Translations under genes and position numbers: made by a program
Notes under the pieces: generated by a model
What the model was told of the DNA's origin: nothing
Databases searched by the model: none
The model's input: only the letters and a program-made list of their open reading frames with translations
In this document: positions 1 through 8,513 of the stretch, in pieces
Layout: each line of letters starts with the position of its first letter
Position numbering within the stretch: the first letter of the stretch is position 1
Virus record (IMG/VR): IMGVR_UViG_3300045988_052780
Length of the DNA stretch: 64,000 nt
DNA from: a virus
Reading direction: 5' to 3' (one strand)

Positions 1-97
1 ATAATTATATTAAATTGCCAAATTTCAAGTTGGAATATATAATTATATTAAATTGGAATATAACTTACAATCTATAGATCTTATTAATTGCAGGCTA

Positions 98-110
98 GCC
101 CCGCAGGGGC
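98..110. other. Short GC hairpin gcccc-gca-ggggc inside a GC island (91-135) within the AT-rich region
   Basis: 5-bp GC stem with a 3-nt loop, seen directly. It has the same architecture as the hairpin at 30281-30294. Confidence 0.4.
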
Positions 111-241
111 GCAGACTGCCACTACGCCTACTACAGTTTCGAGTTGGCAATATAATATTATGGTAATTATAAATTATATTATATAATATATAATATATAT
201 TAAATATAATAATATTATTAGGTATATTAATAATATATAGC

Positions 242-249
242 TAACTTTG
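242..249 (+). promoter_or_regulatory. Bacteroidota-type -7 promoter box TAacTTTG upstream of the first early gene
   Basis: Matches TAnnTTTG about 70 nt upstream of the ATG at 323. No clear -33 TTTG. Confidence 0.3.
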
Positions 250-322
250 TAACATCAAATTAAATAATAATAAATATGTGAATTTTAATCACATTAAGTA
301 ACTAATTAAAATTTATTAAAGC

Positions 323-598
323 ATGGCTAAAGAAATTAAAGAATCTAAAGTTAAAGAAGAACCTAAAGTAGAAATTACAAGTTCGCGCGTAGAAGCAGAT
401 GATACTATTGGATTTACTACAATAGCATCAGAAAATGAGTTTAAAAGTGCTGTGATAAGTAATCCTTATCAAGATTTAGCTGATAAGAAAGTAGTTCTTG
501 AAATACTCATTTTAGATAAGATAGCAGAAGGAATTACTAATAAGGCTAATATTGAATATATTGCCCAACTAGCTAATGTATATTCATTTATCAAGTAA
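323..598 (+). CDS. Hypothetical small acidic early protein (91 aa)
   Basis: ORF that directly follows the AT-rich region and is tightly packed with the next ORFs. Strongly acidic composition (E/D-rich). Confidence 0.5.
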   Translation: MAKEIKESKVKEEPKVEITSSRVEADDTIGFTTIASENEFKSAVISNPYQDLADKKVVLEILILDKIAEGITNKANIEYIAQLANVYSFIK

Positions 599-1000
599 AT
601 GAGACAAATTGATAGAATTAATAAAGAATTCGCATTAAAAGAAGCGCAGTTGTTACATAATAAAGCAATTGCACTTGCGAATCTCTTAACGGATGAAGAA
701 TATGAATTAATGATTACTAAGCATCCAGATATATTTGCGGTTGCTTCCCACCCCGAGAAGGGAGACTTATATCTGAGCGATAAAAGTAATCTATTAATTA
801 TAATAGATATTATAAATAAGCATCTAAAACATCAACATTTAAGTCAAGATGAATTTAAAGTAATGACTTTGGATGAGATTAAAGAATATATGCAATCAGT
901 AATATCGGATATAACTTCATTCTCTCCAGATGAATTATACGATACTATTATTATATTAGAAGATATAGCAGCTAATTCTCATTATGATAATGTAAATTAA
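599..1000 (+). CDS. Hypothetical protein (133 aa)
   Basis: ORF abutting the previous stop (TAA-ATG). Confidence 0.5.
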   Translation: MRQIDRINKEFALKEAQLLHNKAIALANLLTDEEYELMITKHPDIFAVASHPEKGDLYLSDKSNLLIIIDIINKHLKHQHLSQDEFKVMTLDEIKEYMQSVISDITSFSPDELYDTIIILEDIAANSHYDNVN

Positions 1001-1071
1001 ATGAGAACTTACATGCAAGAAATAGAATTGGTAGAAGAGGCATTATTTAGAGATGCATATGTATATGATGG

Positions 1072-1332
1072 TTGGTACTATTACCTACCTATGATAATGA
1101 CAATGTATTTATGAGTGAGGTTATAATGGTATTAGAAGAGCCCTGGTATAATACACTTACCGAGCAAATGTTTGAACAAGTTATTGAGGAAATTCAACCA
1201 GAACCATTTATAGTTAGTTCTGAGCTTGATAATGAAATTAATAAGGCAGTTCTGGATTTACTTCACAATCCACATGAAGGCGTTGGGTTAGTTGAAATTA
1301 CAAACCGATATAAAAATGATAAGAGTAACTGA
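1072..1332 (+). CDS. Hypothetical very acidic protein (86 aa)
   Basis: ORF. High D/E content. Confidence 0.45.
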   Translation: MVLLPTYDNDNVFMSEVIMVLEEPWYNTLTEQMFEQVIEEIQPEPFIVSSELDNEINKAVLDLLHNPHEGVGLVEITNRYKNDKSN

Positions 1333-1513
1333 TAATAAAGAAGTAAAGGAAACAGTCCTAGCAGGATTAAAGCATAATAAAGATAAGTATGGTAAAAGAT
1401 ATTGTCCCTGCTCATTAATAAGAGATGAAGATACAGTATGTATGTGTAAAGAGTTTAGAGAAATGGAAGAAGGAACTTGCCATTGTCAACTCTATGTTAA
1501 AACTAAAGAATGA
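1292..1513 (+). CDS. Small Cys-rich protein with a CPC-x10-CMC-x11-CHC pattern, like the ferredoxin-thioredoxin reductase catalytic subunit. The start is probably the ATG at 1316.
   Basis: Sequence RYCPCSLIRDEDTVCMCKEFREMEEGTCHCQLY. The three CxC pairs and CHCxL(Y/F) resemble the FTR catalytic chain (CPC...CPC...CHC). Confidence 0.4.
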   Translation: MKLQTDIKMIRVTDNKEVKETVLAGLKHNKDKYGKRYCPCSLIRDEDTVCMCKEFREMEEGTCHCQLYVKTKE

Positions 1514-1755
1514 TTATGATAATACTTAGTGGAAACTATCCTAGACATTATAATGCTATAATGTTAGAACTTACAGACTTTGATGATAATAAGATTTCCT
1601 ATCTAGCTAGAATATCTAGAGGACATCATGTTGACACTCTATTAGTCCCTAGGGAATATAAAGATACATTTAAATCTACGGAACTATATGAAATATTACT
1701 GCCTAATATTAGTATAGGTGATGTGCAATTTGCTAAAATATACTATTATGATTGA
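1510..1755 (+). CDS. Hypothetical protein (81 aa)
   Basis: ORF overlapping the previous stop (ATGA). Confidence 0.45.
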   Translation: MIMIILSGNYPRHYNAIMLELTDFDDNKISYLARISRGHHVDTLLVPREYKDTFKSTELYEILLPNISIGDVQFAKIYYYD

Positions 1756-1942
1756 CGTTAGAAGAACATTAGAGAACTTACATCAAATACTTCCAGACTT
1801 AACCTTAGAAGAATTATTTAAAGTTCTTGACAATATAGTAGAAGTTCCGCAATTTAACTTAGGACAGACAACTATACGTAGAGATGCTAGTAATTGGAAC
1901 CCATATGACTCTGGCACATTTATATCTAGTGCCAGTAAATAA
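1718..1942 (+). CDS. Hypothetical protein (74 aa; the start may be the internal ATG at about 1748)
   Basis: ORF ending just before a bidirectional terminator. Confidence 0.4.
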   Translation: MMCNLLKYTIMIDVRRTLENLHQILPDLTLEELFKVLDNIVEVPQFNLGQTTIRRDASNWNPYDSGTFISSASK

Positions 1943-1986
1943 TTGTATGTAACATTCTCAATAAACATAGCAATAATTATAACAAT

Positions 1987-2029
1987 AAAAGCCCAACTTA
2001 GCTTAATTGCTAGGCTGGGCTTTTATTTT
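1987..2029. terminator. Bidirectional rho-independent terminator between the + strand early genes and the end of the minus-strand block
   Basis: Imperfect 12-14 bp stem (aagcccaacttagc / gctaggctgggctt) with loop ttaatt, flanked by A-run upstream and T-run ttttatttt downstream. It therefore reads as a terminator on both strands. Confidence 0.6.
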
Positions 2030-2035
2030 ATAAAT

Positions 2036-2266
2036 TTACTTAGGCTTATCTATCTTCTTCCATATACTAGTAATACTGTCAATTCCGAGTAATCCCATAA
2101 TACACCATAAAACCGTATCTATCATTAATGGAGCTTGGATTACATTAACTGCACAGTATATCAGTACTCCCAAGCAGACGAACCACCCAACCACTCCGCA
2201 GAGTCTCTTAGATGATACACCCGAGTGGGATGTGAACACTTGCTTTAAGAATGCTATAAATGTCAT
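2036..2266 (-). CDS. Small membrane protein, holin-like (76 aa, two or three predicted TM helices, charged C-terminus WKKIDKPK)
   Basis: Hydrophobic segments LCGVVGWFVCLGVLIYCAVNVI and VLWCIMGLLGI. Last gene of the minus-strand block that contains a peptidoglycan hydrolase domain. Confidence 0.4.
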   Translation of the reverse strand: MTFIAFLKQVFTSHSGVSSKRLCGVVGWFVCLGVLIYCAVNVIQAPLMIDTVLWCIMGLLGIDSITSIWKKIDKPK

Positions 2267-2295
2267 CTGCTAATTCTGATATTAATAATTATTTA

Positions 2296-2303
2296 TATCT
2301 TTG
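2296..2303 (+). promoter_or_regulatory. Bacteroidota-type -7 box TAtcTTTG upstream of the + ORF at 2331
   Basis: TAnnTTTG match 28 nt upstream of the ATG. Confidence 0.3.
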
Positions 2304-2330
2304 TAGTTATTAATTCTAATATCTAAAATT

Positions 2331-2543
2331 ATGGCCGATAGAAAGTTATTTAAAGGAGATATGGTATATATCAGTGAAGACAATAATGTTCACAAATTAG
2401 AAGAAGCTGTTTACATAGGAGGTAAGCTAAAACGAGCAGTAGTCTATATGTATGATGCAGAAACTGGCATCTCTAGACTTAAAGTCGTAAATCCTATTGG
2501 TGTTAAGCTTGCTCCTTCTAGCCAAATTATTGATGAGACTTAA
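2331..2543 (+). CDS. Hypothetical protein (70 aa). A lone + strand gene embedded in the minus block.
   Basis: ORF with an upstream -7 box. Confidence 0.4.
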   Translation: MADRKLFKGDMVYISEDNNVHKLEEAVYIGGKLKRAVVYMYDAETGISRLKVVNPIGVKLAPSSQIIDET

Positions 2544-2737
2544 TTACTAGTAAGTTTGCCATATTGGAAGACCCAATCCATAGGTATATGAATTATGTCT
2601 TCCTCTATTCCTTTATTGATTGCCAATTGTATCTCTTTAGCATTTAAATTCACCAAATATCCTATAGTAGATATTACGTCATTCACATTACCATCTTTCC
2701 ACCAGTGTACAATTAGTTTATCAGACTTATTATCCAT
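2540..2737 (-). CDS. Hypothetical protein (65 aa)
   Basis: ORF collinear with the minus-strand operon. Preferred over the overlapping + ORF 2595-2966. Confidence 0.35.
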   Translation of the reverse strand: MDNKSDKLIVHWWKDGNVNDVISTIGYLVNLNAKEIQLAINKGIEEDIIHIPMDWVFQYGKLTSN

Positions 2738-2743
2738 ATTAAT

Positions 2744-2947
2744 TCATTTAATGTTGAATTCTCGTTTTATTTCTTCAATCTCCTCAATAGTCTTCTCTGG
2801 CAAGTTACGTTTGGGTGGGCCAGAGAATACAACGCCTTCTACCTTATTTAATTCTGCGTATACTTCCTCTGCTGTCATTTCCCCTGCCTTAAATTTGGCA
2901 AATAAATCTCCACTAAAGTTGGTATATTCTTTATTTGTCATTATCAT
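2744..2947 (-). CDS. Hypothetical protein (67 aa)
   Basis: ORF whose start overlaps the end of the giant minus-strand gene by 17 nt (operon-like). Confidence 0.4.
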   Translation of the reverse strand: MIMTNKEYTNFSGDLFAKFKAGEMTAEEVYAELNKVEGVVFSGPPKRNLPEKTIEEIEEIKREFNIK

Positions 2948-5900
2948 TGTTTGCTCCTCCTATTAATGTTGTACCTACTGCTGTAGGATATATAAAGTAT
3001 CTACCAGTTAACGCATCCCACACTCGTTTAGGATGCCTCATATTTAAATAGCTAGGCATATGAGAATGTTCATTGCCAGATTCGGAGAACTCCTTAAGCA
3101 TTTGTTCCAAAGCCTTTCTTCCTGGATATTCTTGTCCTGGTTTTAATCCCAATCTCTTACCTAGTTCCATTGTATTAGCTGCTGCTTCTCCTTCTTCAAA
3201 TAAGTAATTATAAGTTGTTAAATCTGGAGCTTCATTCTCTGGAACTAATAACTTCTTGGTCTTAAAGCTGTAGAAGTCTCTAGTGTCAGTTTTGCGCCCA
3301 ATATGTTCAAACAAGTTACCTCCTATTGGCATTTTATCCCTACTAATCATGCCGTAAAGGCCGCGGTGTAAAGTTTCATGGAATGATGTAGGATGTAAAT
3401 TATAGAAGACATTATAACTTAGTATGTCCTCAGCTGGATTGGAGTTAAGTGTTACCTTGCCAGCGTCACCACTATTAGGATAACTTATCTTATCATAATC
3501 GGGCACTACTTCAACCCTAGCTCTTTCCGCTCCCTTAGAATAAGGAGTGAAATGTTTATATCCCAACCTTTGTGCTAGTTTCTTATTATATAAATCAGTC
3601 TCCTTCTTAATATCCGATTCCAAGAAATCTATAGCTTCCTTAGTTCCCCTTGCTACATCCCTATGTACTTTATCTACATTCAGACTTCTGTCTGGATTAT
3701 AGTTAACTGCCATATCATAAGGAGGGTATTTATTAGAGGCTAGCGTATTAGCTTCTTTCTTAAACAGCCTACCATTCTTCAAGTTATCTCTAAAGCTGAA
3801 GATTACTTGGTTATTGGAATATCCATTATCATATACATTATTAAATATTACACCATCTGCATTCATCTTATCTGCTGCTCGTTCTAATGCTGCTCTATTA
3901 GGTACATCACCTACAGTAACTATTGGTCTCTCTAATTCTAAGTCACCTTCTACTCTATAAGGTCTCTTGGCAAATCTCTCTCTAGCCTTAGCTGCTTTCT
4001 CTGCCTTACCTGGAATAGAATGATTAGCTGCTGTTCTTGGATTGCCGAATTTACCTTGATACCATATACCAGCTTCGGGAGCTCCTTCATAAACAGCATC
4101 CCATCTCTCTGGATAGTATAGTTTTGGAAATCTAGCACTATTCTTATCATGTACTACATGTATGGACTGCCTAGGCCCCCAACCTACATTATTAGGTAAT
4201 GGTTCAACTGAAGGAGTTCCTTTGTTTATAGCCTTACTAATTACTCTAGCTCTAGCCCATTTGTTACCACTAGCTGCTAAATCCTCCACTGGTTTAAGTC
4301 TAGGCCCAAACTTATTAAAACCATGCAGTCCTATATATGAACCAGGATTAGTAAATTCTGCAAGGACGGGATTCATTCCAGCATTAGTCATCATGTCTCC
4401 CCATGTATTATATTTACCTTTACTAAGTTCCCTAGTAGCTTCATCAACTGTTGTACTACCTATAGCTTCACTCAATACTGGAAGAGGCCCAAACATTGTA
4501 CCTGCTAATAATGTACTAATATAAGGTGCAGCTTCTCTCCTACCTCTATCTACAGCACCAGCTAGATTAATATTTCTAGGAGTAACTGTTACTTCTGGCA
4601 GAGTTACATTATTCATACCATTCTCATTAGTAACTGGCAATACCATATTACCTCTCTTATCATAACCTCCCATATACTTAATAGGTTGAGCTGGATTTTG
4701 ATATTTAATAATTCCACCACTTCTATAACTATTATATACCTTCTTCAATGTATCAGCATAATTCCTAGCTTCTGCATATCTTCTCTTACCTTTATTAGAA
4801 CCAGTAAGCTTAGCTACAAACTTATTAATATCATCGTTCTCCTCAAAGTCATATAGTCTCTTTAAGAACTGTACCTTATCTGCTGCATACTCATCCATAG
4901 AGTTATAAGACCTAAATTTCTGCTTAATGGCTTCACCTTTAGCATTCTTATCATTACCAGTTACATAATCACCTTTCCATTTAGCTCCAGTAGTCAGATT
5001 ACCGAAATTGAATTTACCTTGTGCAGAACGTCCCCAAGCACTTTCTAAAGCATCTTGTGATACCAGCATTCTAATTGCATTATCATTAGTAATGCCTGCT
5101 CTCTTATAAGCATTGGTAAGGTCAGCCATCCATTTACTTCTGTCCTTATAAGGACTACTCCAAGTTGAGTTGGCAGTATTATCAACTACTACTTTACTAG
5201 CTACTGGCTTATTGACTACTAGCTCTGCTATAGGCTTACTAGCTACTGCTGGAGTTTCTTCTACTGTATCAGACTTGCTGTCTTCTCTTTCTGGTACTAC
5301 TAATGCCTGCTCTGTATTATATGTAGTAGGTATGTAATACTCACTGAATGGATTGATAGGATTAGTAATGTCAGTGTAATCTATTGTAGGATTGTTTACT
5401 GGAACATAACTAACGAATCTCATTCCCACTTGTCCTTTACGAATACGTCTCTTGTAAGTAGGTCTACTAGACTTAATAAACTTCTTACGCATATCTCGTT
5501 TACCATTAAGTTTCTCTGCATCTTTGACTGCTGGAGATTTCTTAAATGTAAATTTACCTCCTACTTTCATAGCCTGTCTAACAGATCTACCTTCAATCCA
5601 TATAGGATTAGATTGCTGTAATATAAATGGAGTTCCTACCTTATCCATTAAAGCTGCTTGTTTAGTAAGCCTTACTTGATCCGGAGCATTTGGAGATTCA
5701 TTCCATCTCTTAGCATAATCAGCAGGATTGAATTTCCACATGTCTTGAGAAGTCTGCTTTAGTTTGCCCTTATCCATTTGAAGTTTAATCACATGACCAC
5801 CTACATCATCTATAGGTCCTACATAATTAGTTCCAGGATTTCTGAAGACCATAAACTCGGTATCTCCTGTACGCATTATCATGTCTCCTTCTTTACCTAT

Positions 5901-6911
5901 AACTTTACCTACAGGGTTATTTCCGGCGTATTCTGCAAATTCAGAGCTACTAAATTTAAGAGGTCGTCCTTGTGGTACTACAGAGCGCATTTCATATCGT
6001 CTGTTATATATTCCAGGGTATAACTGCTCATATCTATCACCATGACTAAATCCTCTCTTAGCTTCATTATTACTAATAGGTTTAATATTACTGGTAGCTT
6101 TATTAAAGAATACTCTCTTAATAATTGGATTCTCTCCGAATATGTACTGAGCTACTAAGTTTCTGCCCTCTAAATTACCTCCACCAAGTATAGAAGCTCC
6201 AGCATAATCAGATGGGTTACCTTTAATTTCTGACAAAGTAACGGAAGCATTTCCTTTAGTTCTCTTAGCTGTCTTATATGCGGCAACTTTAAGAGGGAGT
6301 TTCTCCACACCTTGTAGAAATGGAGCCAATCTATTAGTAACAGCCATACCTATATTACTTGCAGTTCTGGCTTCTTTATTAAATATCCAATGATTCTTAT
6401 TAATAGGATTCCAAGCTAAATCAGCATCTCCCTTAATAAACTTGGACAATAAATTCTTTTGATCTAATCTATAACCTGCTGCACCTCCTATAATAGCACC
6501 TGGATTTGTATACTGAGCAATTTCTGATGGAATACCAGTAGTTCTTTCTACCATATTACCCCATCCCCCAGTTAACTTATCAATACCAAATCCATAACCA
6601 GCACCCTTAGCTAAAGCTATTGGAGTGGTTACTAGTGCTGCACCAGCTGCTGAAGGAAGTATTGTTCGCTCTATACCTACTAAGGGATTAGTCTCATTAC
6701 TCATGGAAGCTTTGAATCTTTCTTTAGCTCCTTTAATAGGATGTAGATAATCTTTATTTCTCTCAGCGGGAGTTCTAGTATCATTAGACGGAGTACCACC
6801 AAGGTCGACAAGTTCGTATTTCCTAGGTGTTACCCTAAGTCTTTCAAATACCTTTGGCTTAACTACTGCCGTATTGTCAACCTTGGCGGTATCCTCTTTT
6901 ACCTTAGACAT
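2931..6911 (-). CDS. Giant multidomain protein (1326 aa) containing a GH73 glucosaminidase (FlgJ/mannosyl-glycoprotein endo-beta-N-acetylglucosaminidase-like) peptidoglycan hydrolase domain
   Basis: Uninterrupted 3.98-kb ORF. The internal segment NAIRMLVSQDALESAWGRSAQGKFNFGNLT...FRSYNSMDEYAADKVQFLKRLY matches the glucosaminidase family signature (AQAALESGWGxS ... NxFGI ... FRxYxS). The rest has no recognisable motifs. Confidence 0.75.
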   Translation of the reverse strand: MSKVKEDTAKVDNTAVVKPKVFERLRVTPRKYELVDLGGTPSNDTRTPAERNKDYLHPIKGAKERFKASMSNETNPLVGIERTILPSAAGAALVTTPIALAKGAGYGFGIDKLTGGWGNMVERTTGIPSEIAQYTNPGAIIGGAAGYRLDQKNLLSKFIKGDADLAWNPINKNHWIFNKEARTASNIGMAVTNRLAPFLQGVEKLPLKVAAYKTAKRTKGNASVTLSEIKGNPSDYAGASILGGGNLEGRNLVAQYIFGENPIIKRVFFNKATSNIKPISNNEAKRGFSHGDRYEQLYPGIYNRRYEMRSVVPQGRPLKFSSSEFAEYAGNNPVGKVIGKEGDMIMRTGDTEFMVFRNPGTNYVGPIDDVGGHVIKLQMDKGKLKQTSQDMWKFNPADYAKRWNESPNAPDQVRLTKQAALMDKVGTPFILQQSNPIWIEGRSVRQAMKVGGKFTFKKSPAVKDAEKLNGKRDMRKKFIKSSRPTYKRRIRKGQVGMRFVSYVPVNNPTIDYTDITNPINPFSEYYIPTTYNTEQALVVPEREDSKSDTVEETPAVASKPIAELVVNKPVASKVVVDNTANSTWSSPYKDRSKWMADLTNAYKRAGITNDNAIRMLVSQDALESAWGRSAQGKFNFGNLTTGAKWKGDYVTGNDKNAKGEAIKQKFRSYNSMDEYAADKVQFLKRLYDFEENDDINKFVAKLTGSNKGKRRYAEARNYADTLKKVYNSYRSGGIIKYQNPAQPIKYMGGYDKRGNMVLPVTNENGMNNVTLPEVTVTPRNINLAGAVDRGRREAAPYISTLLAGTMFGPLPVLSEAIGSTTVDEATRELSKGKYNTWGDMMTNAGMNPVLAEFTNPGSYIGLHGFNKFGPRLKPVEDLAASGNKWARARVISKAINKGTPSVEPLPNNVGWGPRQSIHVVHDKNSARFPKLYYPERWDAVYEGAPEAGIWYQGKFGNPRTAANHSIPGKAEKAAKARERFAKRPYRVEGDLELERPIVTVGDVPNRAALERAADKMNADGVIFNNVYDNGYSNNQVIFSFRDNLKNGRLFKKEANTLASNKYPPYDMAVNYNPDRSLNVDKVHRDVARGTKEAIDFLESDIKKETDLYNKKLAQRLGYKHFTPYSKGAERARVEVVPDYDKISYPNSGDAGKVTLNSNPAEDILSYNVFYNLHPTSFHETLHRGLYGMISRDKMPIGGNLFEHIGRKTDTRDFYSFKTKKLLVPENEAPDLTTYNYLFEEGEAAANTMELGKRLGLKPGQEYPGRKALEQMLKEFSESGNEHSHMPSYLNMRHPKRVWDALTGRYFIYPTAVGTTLIGGANNDNDK
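4790..5115 (-). other. GH73 glucosaminidase domain within the 1326-aa protein
   Basis: Reverse-complement translation of 5040-5100 gives ...NDNAIRMLVSQDALESAWGRSAQGKFNFG. Reverse-complement of 4861-4920 gives KFRSYNSMDEYAADKVQFLK. Confidence 0.65.
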
Positions 6912-6929
6912 AAATACAATCTTTAATAA

Positions 6930-7307
6930 TTATAAGTAATTAATCCATCTATATTGAAACACCTTTCTGTTGTAATTAGGATCAGCCCCTGCTGCTCTAG
7001 ATTCTTTCTCAAAAGATATAGCTCTATAAGCTTTATGACTATCAGCCATAATTAGCAGTCTAATTAACCACTCAATCACATACCATAAATAATAGAATAT
7101 GATTCCCATCTCAATAATTTGTTTAGTGTGAGTTACTTCATGTCGTACCGTTGAATCAGTCATTCTATCTATTGCTGATTCATTTCTAGTAAATAGAATA
7201 CCACAGATATTCATATACTGATATCCTTTTACTGGAAGTAACGGATTTATGAAGAACAATAGTTTCCTTTGCTTATCGTACTTAAATTTCATAACTAGTG
7301 CTTCCAT
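6930..7307 (-). CDS. Small membrane-associated protein with an HExxH motif (HEVTH), a putative zinc-metallopeptidase-like protein (125 aa)
   Basis: ORF with HEVTHTKQ followed by a hydrophobic helix (IIFYYLWYVIEWLIRLLIM). Immediately upstream of the giant gene in the same operon. Confidence 0.4.
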   Translation of the reverse strand: MEALVMKFKYDKQRKLLFFINPLLPVKGYQYMNICGILFTRNESAIDRMTDSTVRHEVTHTKQIIEMGIIFYYLWYVIEWLIRLLIMADSHKAYRAISFEKESRAAGADPNYNRKVFQYRWINYL

Positions 7308-7594
7308 TTAGCTGCATTGCGTGCGAAGTTGGCCCTCTTCTTTTGTAAAGGAGTAGCATTAGGATTATTAAGTACAGAACGTGCATGTTCTTGTACACTT
7401 TGTCCAGCTCTCTTAGCTGATGCTGTAAATTTACCTCTATTCTTCTTCTTAATATGTATCTTATTACCTTTCTTATCTTTGTTGACTAGCTTATTACCAC
7501 TAGCAAACATAGGGATTCTATCTAAGTCTGCATTAATAAATTTGTCCCTTAGAGAATCACCCAATAGTCTTAATTGCTCTGCGTTGAATTCCAT
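7295..7594 (-). CDS. Small highly basic protein (99 aa, K/R-rich), the first gene of the minus-strand operon
   Basis: ORF starting next to the divergent promoter region. Preferred over the overlapping + ORF 7317-7637. Confidence 0.45.
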   Translation of the reverse strand: MEFNAEQLRLLGDSLRDKFINADLDRIPMFASGNKLVNKDKKGNKIHIKKKNRGKFTASAKRAGQSVQEHARSVLNNPNATPLQKKRANFARNAAKWKH

Positions 7595-7617
7595 AATTAA
7601 ATTACACTTTAAATCAC

Positions 7618-7648
7618 TTTGTTGTGTACAAATTTAGGGCTATATTTG
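7618..7648 (+). promoter_or_regulatory. Bacteroidota-type promoter TTTG-N19-TAtaTTTG driving the + strand block (gene at 7755)
   Basis: TTTG at 7618-7621 and TATATTTG at 7641-7648 with a 19-nt spacer. This matches the Bacteroides sigma-A -33/-7 consensus. Confidence 0.5.
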
Positions 7649-7660
7649 CAAATAATCAAA
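7629..7660 (-). promoter_or_regulatory. Bacteroidota-type promoter on the minus strand (TTTG-N20-TAaaTTTG) driving the minus operon. It overlaps the + strand promoter.
   Basis: Plus-strand CAAATTTA at 7629-7636 and CAAA at 7657-7660 correspond, on the minus strand, to TTTG then a 20-nt spacer then TAAATTTG. Start codon at 7594. Confidence 0.45.
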
Positions 7661-7754
7661 TGAATTAGATGAATTAATGATTAGTAGGGTTAATGTTAAT
7701 AAGTACTAAGGAATTTAATGAATTATTAACTATCAACTTCTAATTGGCAGATTA

Positions 7755-8513
7755 ATGTTATTGGGCAAGCTTAAACTGTTGTATGAGTGGATAGATAAGC
7801 TTAATACTAATGTTAAAACTATCATAATAATTGGTTTGGCGTTCGTATTACTGCAAATACATATATCTAACCACACAAAAGCTATTCTAGAAGATTATAC
7901 TAAAGTAGAGGCTTATGATAAAGCAGCTGCTGAAGAATACACTAAGATGATTACTCCAATCATTAATGATTATGTGGATGCAATTCTGAAAGGAGACAAA
8001 GATGCATCTAATGTATTATTACTAAATTATCATAATACGCTAAGTAGCACTCATGGCTTGTCTTATCGTTATTTAACTGCCTTGACAGAAAGAAGAAGAG
8101 GTTATGATACTAAAGCTCGTATTAAATTATGGACTGATTTGGAGTATATGAACTACGGTGAGGAGATAGAGCTTATAAATGATAATCAGTTCTTACGTAT
8201 GGATAGTATTCAATCCTACTTTAGAACCTTTCCCAATTTGTGTACTTTATTAGAGGAATGTGATGCTAAATCAGCAGCCCTCTATCCACTGATGGGATTA
8301 AAGGACCCTAAAGGAATGATAGTTATACTGTATAAGAATAAGAAGCAATATCACTTGGGATATTATAATTCAGTTATAGCTCCTTATGCACAACGCATAT
8401 CTATCTTACTAGATTATAACTCAGTTAAGGAGAAATTTAAAGAGTATTATGGAAGTGGACAAAAGGAATGGTCAGGTGTGCTTCAACAACTTAACCCACA
8501 CCTATTGGAATGA
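7755..8513 (+). CDS. Hypothetical protein with an N-terminal membrane anchor (252 aa)
   Basis: ORF. N-terminal hydrophobic segment IIIIGLAFVLLQI. Confidence 0.5.
   Translation: MLLGKLKLLYEWIDKLNTNVKTIIIIGLAFVLLQIHISNHTKAILEDYTKVEAYDKAAAEEYTKMITPIINDYVDAILKGDKDASNVLLLNYHNTLSSTHGLSYRYLTALTERRRGYDTKARIKLWTDLEYMNYGEEIELINDNQFLRMDSIQSYFRTFPNLCTLLEECDAKSAALYPLMGLKDPKGMIVILYKNKKQYHLGYYNSVIAPYAQRISILLDYNSVKEKFKEYYGSGQKEWSGVLQQLNPHLLE

Larger units (their letters stand above)
1..320. repeat. AT-rich non-coding region with direct repeats (17-mer ataattatattaaattg at 1-17 and 39-55; ttggaatata at 30-39 and 53-62) and a (TA)n low-complexity stretch at about 160-250. Candidate genome-end, origin or early-promoter region.
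   Basis: Direct repeats read in the sequence. No ORF. Extreme AT content. Lies directly upstream of a block of small + strand genes. Confidence 0.5.

Noticed and set aside
91-150. GC-rich island with a ...cagtttcgagttgg... segment that superficially resembles a tRNA T-arm
   Set aside because: No acceptor stem, D-arm or anticodon arm can be folded. It is too short and irregular for a tRNA.
2595-2966. + strand ORF (123 aa) overlapping two minus-strand small ORFs
   Set aside because: Ser/Leu/Ile-rich product of antisense type. The minus-strand ORFs continue the operon of the giant gene.
7317-7637. + strand ORF (106 aa) overlapping the minus-strand basic-protein gene
   Set aside because: Low-complexity Leu/Cys-rich product. 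The minus-strand ORF fits the operon structure and the divergent promoter.
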